Origin: Perna viridis
Lineage: Eukaryota
DNA: 64,000 nt
Direction: 5' to 3'
Assembly: GCA_037379345.1 (NCBI GenBank)
Contig: CM074515.1
Location: forward strand, 3,596,001-3,660,000
Made by a program: the position numbers and the translations under genes
In this document: positions 12,701 through 24,700 of the stretch, piece by piece
Layout: every line of letters starts with the position of its first letter
How positions within the stretch are numbered: the first letter of the stretch is position 1
Notes under the pieces: generated by a model
Told to the model about the DNA's origin: nothing
The model's database searches: none
What the model saw: the letters and a program-made list of their open reading frames with translations, nothing else

Positions 12701-15700
12701 AAGATTCTTAACTCATGTCCTCTTGTTCAGCTGTCAAGTCCCTATTTTTGATAAAGCTCTGTATGAGATAGTCTCATTTTAAAGCACATTCACTCTCCTT
12801 GCATGTGAAATCAAATTGTTGTTACCAAAGCTAAAAATAAAATTGCCAGATCCCAAAAATCAGAAAACAGGCCATGACCATATATATACGGTTCCCGCAT
12901 GGTAAGGGTTAATACAAACCAAAAATATATGCATTGATTTGTCTTCTACTTTGTCAATGGCATTTCAAGGTAAGGGTTGTCCTTGTTTTTTGATGATGAT
13001 GTTAACTTCTTCATGGAATTCAGTGCAATTGTACACCATAATAAACTAATAAGCTTTAGAAAATATTTCAATGAACAGTGTATATATAATTATTTATCCT
13101 GGTCCAATCAATTACCCTGAGTTCCTTTTACCCAAGGCTCATTGTATAAGTCTGATAAAAGGGATTAAAGTCCTGAATGCCAATCGCTTATTCAATTTTG
13201 ATTTTTTTATTTAAGGAATAAAACCATTCTTATTTTCATTCAATGCACCATATTTATTTCAGGTGGAGAAGTTCAAGTCTAACCAGAGCCCAGATTATGC
13301 CCTTCATTCATCATTTGACATGGTGACAGGGGACCCTGTGTATTCAGACCAGGAGTATCCACATTTACAGGTAAATATATAGATATGCTAACTTAGACAA
13401 GTTGAGTTAGCTATTGGAATTCATAAAGAGTATTGAACAAGATTCTTAGAAAAAGTTGTGTTTTTTTTAATAAGGGCTTGTAGAGAGTACTGATCTTTCC
13501 TTTCTGACATCCATTTCAAATTGAAAGTAGAACACAGTTCATTTCCACATTTGAATAAGTATCATTTCATGTACTAGTATTATATTTATGTTATTTCAAA
13601 TATTGAAAAGTGATCTGATATCAGTAAATGATAAACTGACAGTTTATGTTGAACACAACAGAGATATATATGTACATGTATGATGTACAATTTTTTTTCT
13701 AATTCCAAAGAAATTGGACTTACCCGGTAATTGAAAATTAAATTTCTTATCACAATCTGCCTGAAGTGCATTACACTGATATCTTTTTTTACTTCCTTTC
13801 AGATTGATGTTGTAGGCCTATATCTATTGTTTTTAGTTCAGATGATTTCTTCAGGCTTAAAGGTATAGTTTGGTAGTAATACAGGTTTTAGCATGATAGG
13901 TAATGACTACATGTAGTTATCAACCCCTGGTAGTAATGGTCGATTTTTTTCGGGTCCTGAAATAATCGTCTTTTTAAGGATGTTCTAATGCACTTTGGTG
14001 TTAAAAATTTTGTAAATATGTGGACTAATAGTTTTTTTGTATAATAACGAACCTTGTTTTGGTATTCCGTACCAGACTTAACGTAAACATAAGTATTGTG
14101 TATTGATTTGTTGTGATCCTTTGTTCTGGACTGACAAGAGTTTACTGTCCGATACGAGTGAAGTAAACAGAGATCTATCTATCCATTTTTCTAGGAGATT
14201 TTTTAATGGTTTAAATCACACAGAAATATTAGATGCTGTTAAGTCTGTAGTTTCGAGAGACAATATAAACGCTATACAGCTAACTGAGAAAAATTGTGTA
14301 GTTTCAATGAAGGAGAAATCTCAGAAGGATTTATTGTTGTCTGTGGGAATTACAATTTGAGACAGATCTGTCAGTTTTGTTGACGTTGATAAACAAGTAA
14401 CGAATGTCACAATTAAAGATATTCCTTATGAAATTAGCGACACGTTCATTGCAACTAACATGACAAAGTTTGGTCAAGTAATAGAAGGTTCTTTTAAACG
14501 AGGTGTTATCAAATACACTAACATTGAAAATGGTACAAGATATTTACAATTGCTCGACTGTGTACCTGTTTTGCCTGTAGCATGTAGTTAGACTATTTGT
14601 TGACAATAATAGAACCGCATGTAAATTCTATAAAGGAACAGACTACCCCTCTTTTAAGTGTAAAGACAAACCATTTACATTATTTGAGTGCTACAATTGT
14701 CACCAGACAGGCCATTTGGCAAAGGATTGTGTTGAGGCGGTCGTGTGTAATTATTGTAAATTGCCTGGACACATTAAAAGTGACTGTGAGGCTATGCACG
14801 ATGAACAAACCAGAAGAGAAATGGGCGAATATGCAGATAAGATAGTTGAAGGTGGGCGAAGCATGGGTATATCGCTGCATGGTGATAACGACTCAAATTC
14901 TGATGTAAATGTGTCTGTTACAAGTGGTAAAGCCTTACTTTTACGTGCTTCTAACTGTAAAAGGCTTGGTAATTTCAGCCCTAATGTCATTAATACTTCA
15001 GTTTCTGGTGCATCCTTTGAAAAATTGATGACTTGCTTGATAATGTGGAGTCTATTGTGGAAGATACAACAGTTGATAATATTGTTGTGTGTCTTGGAAC
15101 CAATGACATCATGTGTAACCGAAGTGAACCAGACGAGGTAAACCTGAGAGTAACATGTGTTGTCTTGTGTTTTAGATAAAAATTTTCACATTCAAATATG
15201 GGTTTGTGTACAGTGCTTCCCTGTAAAGGCAAAGGCCAACCTATAACTAAACTTAGTGAGACCACAAGAGCTGTAAATTCCTTTATTACAAAGTTATGTA
15301 AAAGAGACAAATCAGTGTCATTAGTTGACATTCATGGAGTTTTTTGTGACAATGGTAATACATTTTTGTATGATGTTAATAACCCTAGTAGTAAAGGTGT
15401 AGATAAAATTATTGATCAATTGTATAGTTTCATGTCAAACTCCCAGTCACTGACTGAAGCCATTGTACATACACTGGTTATGCAAACTAAATGCAACTTA
15501 AGTTCCACCACTACCCTGTCTTCTGCTGATAATTTTGATGTACTGAATATGCTTGACGGGTATAGCTATTTTGCTAAACACAGATCGAAATGTGATAAAA
15601 AGTCCGGTGGAATAATAATTTGCTATAAGAAAGTTTTAAACATTTTCTAAAATTTCTTAATTCTAAATCTGAATTTGTACAGTGGATAATTGTTGATAAC

Positions 15701-18700
15701 AAATTGATTGGTTTTGATAAAAGCCTGCGTATTGGGTGTATGTATTTACCACCAGAAAACACAAGGCATACAAGTAATGAAGCATTTAATGAGGTTGAGG
15801 TCGAAATGATTGATATATGTAACAAATTTGAGTGTATTCCAACAATTGTTGGAGATATGAATGCAAGAACGAAATTACTGGACAATGTAGTTATCTCTGA
15901 TGATAGTTTATTTGAAAATTTAGATGAATTTGAAGATGAAAATTTGATGTTGTATCTTTATGATTATCAAAATTTACTCGAAAATCACATACTTATAAAA
16001 CAATCTTCTAGAGATAGCTCGTCATCCAATAATTACGGATACATACTTATAGATTTTTGTAAACAAAATAATTTGTATATAGGTAATGATAGATTACCTG
16101 GAAATGATTACCAGGTATATGAAAGAATTTGTAACATGTAATAATGTATCCTTGGTGGATTATTTACTTTTGTCTTCTAAAGTGTTCCCTTAAATAAAAG
16201 AATACAGTGTATTGGATTTTAATCCCAATTTTTCCAATGTCCATTGCGATTTGTATTTTTGTTTTCACACTCAAGCAAACACACGTAGTACTACACATTC
16301 TGATGATAATTGTAATACTCCCACGCATGTTAGGTAGCGTTACGATAAGAAAGACCTATTCATTGAGCCAATTTTTAGTAATGTCACAAAACTAGATCAA
16401 ATATCGGCTTTGTTGTCCACTGAAGGTAATCTAGGTCAAGGTGATGATCTAAATATACGTATAAATACTGCTGTTGACAAAATTTGTGATCTTTTAACAA
16501 CTAATGCTGATAAAGTATATATATATATCCTAATAGATCAAAGGGGAGAAATAAAACAGACCAAGTCTGGTTCAATGCGGCATGTAAGGATAAGCGAAAA
16601 GCATTCCACAGGGCAAAAAATAGATATAGTTTTATAAAGAATAAAAAAAATTGGGATGCTATGAAACTATCTGGGAAGATATATAAAGTTGAATTAAATA
16701 AAAGTTTCAGAAGTTTCCAACATAAATTGGAATCTGATCTGCGGAATGTGTTGAAATCAGACTAAAAAAAAATTTTGAAAATTTTGAAACAATTAGATAA
16801 AGGGGGGTCTACAAACGATGTAAAAACTGTACGATTATTTTAAAGCCCTTAATAAAAGTGATGAAATTGGGGACGATAATATTGAGGATTTGTTGCAAAA
16901 TATTGATAATTAGGATATCACTGATATTTTATAGAGAAGAAATTTTGTCAGCAGTAAAACATTTATGTAATGGGAAAGTTCCGGGGGATGATGAAGTTGT
17001 TAATGAATATAATAAATGCATGGTAAATTAGTTTTTCCCTATTTATTTGAAACTTTTCAATTTGGTGTTTAATTCAGGAATTGCCCCCAATTCTTGGTTG
17101 ATTGGAATTATTAAACCGTTATACAAATACAAGGGTGACCCATATAACTTAGATAATTACCGTGCAATTTGTCTGACCTCGAACTTTGGGAAGGTGTTTA
17201 CGTCTATTTTAGATTCAAGGCTAAACAAGTTGTCGGACGAAATTGGTTTAATTACAGATGCCCAGGATGGTTTTCGCAAGGGCTGTTCAGTTCAAGATAG
17301 CATGTTTGTCATGCATGCATTAAATTCATTGTATTTGAGTTTGGGAAAAAATTATTTTGTGCTTTTGTGGATTTTAGAAAAGCGTTTGATACGGTATGCA
17401 GGGTGGGTTTATGGCGTAAACTGGTTAAAAATATGGTGGGAAAATGTTTAATGTTATACTAAACATGTATATGGACAGTAAGTCTTGTGTAAGAAATGGG
17501 GAATTAAAAACAGATTTTATCCCGTGTGAAATCGGTGTAAGGCAGGGAGAAAAGTTATCCCTCTTTCTCTTTGCCTTATACCTTAATGACTTGGGGGAAT
17601 ATCTGGATGATGAGAATTCCGTAGATGTCAATTTTAACTTTTTTATAGATGAATATTAAACAGCGTCTCCAAGACCAGATTATCCAAAATTGGTTCACTG
17701 ATATGAACAATGCATCTAGAGGGGAATATTACTCTAATATTAAACACGAATTTTGATTGGAACCTTATCTTTTAAAACTAAAATCGGGGCAATGGGTACA
17801 TATTTGTAAATTAAGGGTTTGTAATATTAATATTTCCTACCAAAACTGGTAGATGGCGGAATATACCAAGGGACGAAAGATAGTGTAGAGTATGTGGATC
17901 TGGTCTTGGGGACGAATATCATTATTTATTTCAATGTAATAACAATATAGTCTTAGATATCAGAAGAAAATTTATTCCGAGTTATTATATTAGGTATCCT
18001 AATAGAGAAAAAATATATGGTATGTTAAAATATTGTAATGTAAAAGTATTGATAAATTTATTAATTTGCATTAAAAAAATTCAAAAGTTGATTTATCATT
18101 GGTATGTTCATGTAATGATTCATTGTTTTGTCATTGTACATGTATGTGACTGATATTGTGTAATATTTATATGTATATTTATATACATTTACTCCTGTTA
18201 CGCAGTAATGTGCGGCTGAGTTTTCTTAATAATAAACAAACAGGAATATGGTATAGGATCCAGCTTTTAGTAGAGTAACATATACATGTACATGTAACAT
18301 TGCTAACTTTCTTCATAATACATTGTCAATAGTATACTTGTTTATGAAAATGTTTTTTATTGTTTGAAGTGGTCACCAAGTATATTTTCAAGGATGATTA
18401 TGTACTAATTTGAAGTTTTGGATGTGATTTTATGATAAAAGTATGAATAGAAAATTATTTTCATTGAAATAAGGCAATTCCTATTGAATTGATGTTAAAA
18501 ACGGTCGTATTTATTTTAAACTTTATCTGGTATGTATTGGTTGCTATGTTGTAAACCTTTATGGACATCACTTCTTCAGTGTTTCTATACATAAGCTCAT
18601 TATTTATGATTTATCAAATTGATCATTGCAGATAATATACACAACAGATGAAGTGAATTTTATCCAGAACCTTGTATTTTATGTGGAGAGAGCTTACAGG

Positions 18701-21700
18701 ACACCAGATTATGGAATGTGGGAAAGGGGAACTAAGTATTATAATGGATCAACTGAAGTTCATGCTAGGTAGTTAAAATTTATTAGGCATCACTAAGTAT
18801 CTTTTGGAGGATTTTCTACAATCAAAGTTTGGGTCATAGCTAATAACAAGGAAAAATGATTATTTTATGTGCCACGGATTTAAATAAAAGGCTGAATTTT
18901 TATGCTGATCCTCTCCTTTTTGTTAATGGGAAAAAATCGAGATTATTCCAGTATACTGATCTCCATTTTTATGCAAAACATGTATTAAACAAACTGTCAG
19001 TTTCCATAAAGGTTTCAGTGTAAACTCATATTATGTGTGGAATATTTCTGATGTACAGATTATTGGGCACTTGGTTTTTGATACTGGCTTCATCACATGA
19101 TTTCTCAGATCTAGCCTGTTAAGGTGAACCTAAAATACCCTGTGAAAAGCCATTATCAAAAACCAATTGCCTAATTTTCTGTTTATTGGTAATGTTAAAA
19201 AAATTACGAAATTCCTAATTTCACCTTAAGAATGAACATTTTCAACTTGCCTCTTTATCCAATAGTATTTTGATACTTCACTGTGACATATTGAATTGTC
19301 ATTGGATGTTTTGAAGCAGATTTCTGTGATCCGGCATGCCTGCTAATAAAATGACCTGTTATTTTTTATATTAGGGCCAGTATGCTGTGGCAAGCATTAT
19401 CCATCTCTGTACATTGAAGAAAAAAGCTTCATATTACCAATAATTCTCCATATATTTTCTCCACCTTCCTGTAATAGACAACCTTTTGTTTTATTTCCAC
19501 AGTTCTATTGGTATTGCTAAGGCAGCATTAGAAGCCATCAATGGTTTTAATTTGTTTGGAGATCAAGGTGCTTCATGGTCTGTGATTTATGTTGACATTG
19601 ATGCTCACAACAGAAACAGAACTATCTTTGAAAGTATTCTTCCCAGGGAGTCAAATTCTAAGGTAATATAGAGTTGTTTTTGTATCATTTGAGGGAAATG
19701 TTATGACTATTGAGTTGAAATGATGTATATGTTAACAGTTTTCTTTGTCCTTTCTATCACAAAAATAAATAGCTTTGAATGTTTTCGAAATGTGTATATA
19801 CAACTGTTTAAGCATTGAGTACATTACAGTACAATGCTAACAATAGGCATGTATAGGGTCCTTTCTTTGGTTACATTGCACTAGAGCTGAGTGTCATGAA
19901 AATCAATGCTACAATCTGCACCATCAGATATGGAAGAGTAATCAAGGGAACCAAGGTTATAGCGGTAATCAAAAGAATGTAATCCAGGGACAAAGACCAG
20001 ATATGGAAAACAGACATACACAACAAAGAACATAAAGTAAATAAAATCATACATACAAAGTAACAAAAGTAAATGAGCAACTCGGACTCCACTAAAAACT
20101 GGGAGCATGGACCAGGTGCACCGGTAGGGTAAGGATACAATATTATTACTATGTTTGGTCTAAGTAAGACATCTTAATAAAGGAGAATCTGAGGTTTGTG
20201 ATATGTTTTCAGGAGTTTTCTTTAAGTATATCCTCTGTCCAAAAAAAGTTTTGCAAAGTTAGTGTTCACTCTGAAGACTTGGGTATCAATGTATTTTTAG
20301 AATTTCCTGTATATAATAGAGATGTTTCACATACACAAAAAAAAAACTTTGTCATTCTTTAGGAATAAGAAGTCTTCACAGGATTTATTGCCACAGGAGC
20401 ATTCTTTGGCCTTATAGTCTATTTTACTGTATTTTTGCTTTAATGGCTCCTGTAAAACAAGGAACCAGACCAGTGATAGATGAAAAAAACACTTGTATTT
20501 TGATTCAAGACTGTAGATGTAAACGTCAATATGATGATGGAGTTGTTTTCGTTATACTCTTTATCGTAGAACACAGATGCTTCCCTGTTACCTACCATCT
20601 ATTGGCCTTCCTTTGCAATACATGAGGAACAAGTAACACATCGAACTGTTGATAAAGTATTGCGTAAACTGAAAGGTAAATTTGGTATCAAGAGGTTTCT
20701 GAGGGATGGTTATAGAACTGTTTTAGAAGATAAATCCAGAAGTTTTTACAGACCTGCTGAAATAAAGGTATTCTACTGCTCTATTGGTATTTACATTTAC
20801 AGATTTATATGAATTCTGTCAAATGATAAAAAGATTGTGTTTTGTTTGTTTGTTGGGGTTTAACGTCCGAGCAGCAATATTTCAGCTATATTCAGATGAG
20901 AAAAAGATTGTTCATTATCCTTTTATTAAACTGTATATATGTAGTAGTTTTATTTATTTAAAGATCTGCTGTTGCCGTGTTGGACTGGAAATCAAGTAAA
21001 TTTTGTACTGTTTCATTTAATTTTGTTGGTATCAGTTTTCATGGTTGTAGGAAAAAAGACATTTGGTCGGGTACTTGAATTCATGATTTGTGGGACTATA
21101 ATTTTTTAAATCGACTATTTCTCTACCTTTCCAGTAAAAGTATTATCAAAACAAAATCATTTTTGCTGGATATTAAAACAAACTTTTTGATAAGCATTTA
21201 TTTTTTTTTCAGTGCAGAGATATGTTTCACAAAACTGATAATTGAGATAAAAATAATTATAAATGACAAATGGAAGTTGCGTATATGACTCATCCATTCT
21301 GATAAAAATTATATCTTTAGTTTCTTCTCAACATGTAAATTAAATGTTCTGATAAGTAAAAATTATTTCGAATGAAAAACTCAGGAGCCCTTGCTAGGCT
21401 TAAGTTCTACAAAAAGTAAAACCCTGAGTGTACTGAATGACCTTTTTACAACAAATGTTAGTGGTGGAAGTATGGAAGTGACCGAGAAAAACAGACGTTA
21501 CTCTGACGATATGTTTTTGTTTACACTTACATTACACAGACTAAGGTATCCCCAAGGTTAATAAGTAAATAATGGATTATTGTTTGATTAAAGTTGGACA
21601 GGATGTGGCTTCTTCTCCAATGACATGTGTATGATGCCAAGATTTAATCAAACTCTTTTTGTCAGTTGTCTTTCATCCACGGACTACGACCGAAATATTT

Positions 21701-24700
21701 GCTTGTTTAATTCTTGATTTCTTGATTCCACAACACCCATGAAAGCCATGAAAATAACAACCCCACAAATAAAAATGAAACCACAGTATTTAATTTTACA
21801 TTACAAGCTCCATGTGTGACAGTTTTTTTTTTGTTTTTTTTTTCCAATTTATCTAAACATGGTAATTATTCTCATATTAAGCGTTGTTTTTGTGGTCTTT
21901 CCATAGAGTTTTTTTTATTTTTCAGACATTTGATGGTATTGAATGTGAATGGCCAATGTTTTATATTTATCTCATCATTACAAGTAAGTAGAATTCGATT
22001 TATGTTTACAGATATTTATTGTTAATAATCACTTTGACAGCATGGGAGTGGTGAGAGATATCACTATTCTATAGAAATAAAGCACTATGGATCGATTCTG
22101 CTGTAGTAAGAGGCTGAGAAATGAGCCATCTCCTAAAAAATCACAACTTTTTGTGGCCAAAGTAACTCCTGACCTCTTGCTCAGCTCTCAAGTCCCTATT
22201 TTTTTTTTTATAAAACTCTATAGGAGATAGTCTCATTTTAAAGCAGATTCAGTCTTCTTGCAGAAGAAATCAAATTGTGGTTTCAGAAGCTAAAAATAAT
22301 ATGCCATAACCCAAGAATGAGAAAACAGACCCAGACCATATATATATATATGGTTCCCACATGGTAAGGGTTAATATCTGGATTTGAATCCATTAGAAAT
22401 TAAATTATAAGGAATGTTTATATTTTTTGAACAGGTTATATGAAATAGCATGGTTTGGGCCAGTTTACACTTTTAAGTTGTTTTTAAGTGTAAACTGCTG
22501 CAAACCATGTTATTTCGTGTAACCTGTTGAAAATTAGAAACATTACTTTAAAAGAAAAAAAAAAACTATGAAATTTGATGATTGTTATCATTATTCAGTA
22601 AATATTAAATATGTACCTTTATAGGAATTTGGTCATGGAAATACAATTTATCCTGGCTTAAACTTGCTATATTTGGTCATGGAAATACAATTTATTCTGG
22701 CTTGAGCTTGCTTTATTGTTTTGTAATATAATGTTCATCTTTACTTGTAGGTATTATACAAGGGGATAAAAGTTTAGCTGAGAGGTATCAGAATGAGTTA
22801 AGACCATTGTTAATAAACAATGACAATGGTAGGTATCAATGTCATCATGTAATTGTTCAAAGATTTGGTGCTGCCTTTAAAAGCCTTCCTGTAAAATAAC
22901 TGGAATTGACTACAACACTCAGACACTGTCATTGATGGTCTTAACAGGATGTCTGGACACAACAAGAACATTTACTTCATTTAGACTTATATGTAAATCA
23001 TTCTATGGCATTTAAGGTAGAACATTTTTTTAGGAATGCCACAGGGTTTTGATCTTTTAGTTTAAACTTGGCATCTTTTTTTCAAATGACAAGATTCCAA
23101 ATTAGAAAAACAAGAAATTTGAATAACAGATATATAACTATATAATTGTAGACAAAAGCATTGATTTGTGTAACAGTATTTTATCAGTGAAATATAAAGA
23201 ATTTTTAGTTTAAGATGACTTCCGTTTCTCCACAAGTTCTGTCTCCATAGGTCCTCTTGTTCCAATGCTTTACTATGTACCAAAGGAGGAATTAGTAAGA
23301 AGAAACAAAGATAATATACACAAACTTGCCAGTGCTGAGGGTAACACTGATGGGGTATTCCTCTGGGGCCAGGCTCTCTACTTCATCTCTCAGCTACTAA
23401 GTAAGATTCATAGAATAATTATACTGAAAGTATTGTGTACAGTTTTACTCATTTATATATTCTTAAAGTCCATTACACTGACAGTCAGTCACATACATAT
23501 TTGTAAATGTTTAGTGTTGGATTACAGGTCAAGTTTACAATTGTTTCCAGTTTAAATACTATTTGTAAATTTCATGAAATAATATGTATCTTTAAGACCT
23601 TGAGATGTTCAATGTTTGGTCTTCTTCAATGATTTTTTAAATTAAAAACTGACAGCCTTTTATAAGGGAAATTCCTTAATATTTTGTTATCTGATATTTT
23701 GTATACAAGTGCACCTAGACAGGCTACAGATTGTTTTTTTTTAATAATGAACCTTTGAAATTCCAATTATAAAAGCTTCTTTCTATAAATTTTCTTTTGA
23801 TTCTTTTTTTGTAATTTTTTTTCTTTTATCATTTGAATTATTCAGTTCGATGGAATTGAAATTGATCTTTGATGGGTTAACTCTTGATACGGTTATAATC
23901 TGCTTATTTTTATTTTACAACTGGTAGAGAACTATGATGTATTGCTCTGATACTTCACATAATTTTTAACGTTTCATATTTTCCTTAGATACAAGCATTA
24001 CTTCAATTCATTAGAGAAATCTTCCAGAAAATACATAACTTTAAATACTTAAATACTCTGAAATAGAAAACTAAATCTGGGGCTTGATGTATGCTCAGTA
24101 TCATATAATTTAAAAAATAATTACAACATATAATTGAATGATAGCATATGTCTTGGTGCTCTGAAAAGTTAAAATAAATGTATGATAGGTTGAATTACAC
24201 AAATACACCTCAAATATTGACATATTCAGTGAACTGAGAAATTTTTTTTATTGTGTAAGATGTAAAATTCTCATAAGATAAAGATTTTGACTTAAAAAAA
24301 ATACTGTGTAAGTACTATTGTTCATGGGGTTCCAATTTTCATGGTTTTTGTGGGTAGGTCAAACAAATAGTAGATTTCGATTGATGTGTATACTGTAAAG
24401 TTCAAAACCACAAATTCAAGAATCCGCGAACTTGTGTTTCTTCCCTAAGTAAAAAACCAGATCAAATATTAAATAGAGAAATTGATGTCAATACATCGTA
24501 CAACAAGTTCATATTGTGTTAAAACTTTACAGCTAAAGATCTGTTGAAGCCTGGTGACCTTGATCCTGTTTTGAGACACATGCCTGCTTCAGAAAGACCT
24601 AAGTCTATGATTAACACTAGGTATTCAACGTTTCAGGTACAGTACTTTTTGCATTTATAATTGATTCAATAAATCTTTGTTCATGTTATTTTATTATTCT

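Noticed and set aside
14103-14900. Domesticated ZCCHC3-like host gene
   Set aside because: Contains stops and frameshifts and is contiguous with LINE endonuclease/RT remnants.
19871-20140. Hydrophobic 75-89 aa ORFs (also 62068-62275) resembling small membrane proteins
   Set aside because: They are translations of the T-rich 3'UTR of a repeated Penelope-like element.
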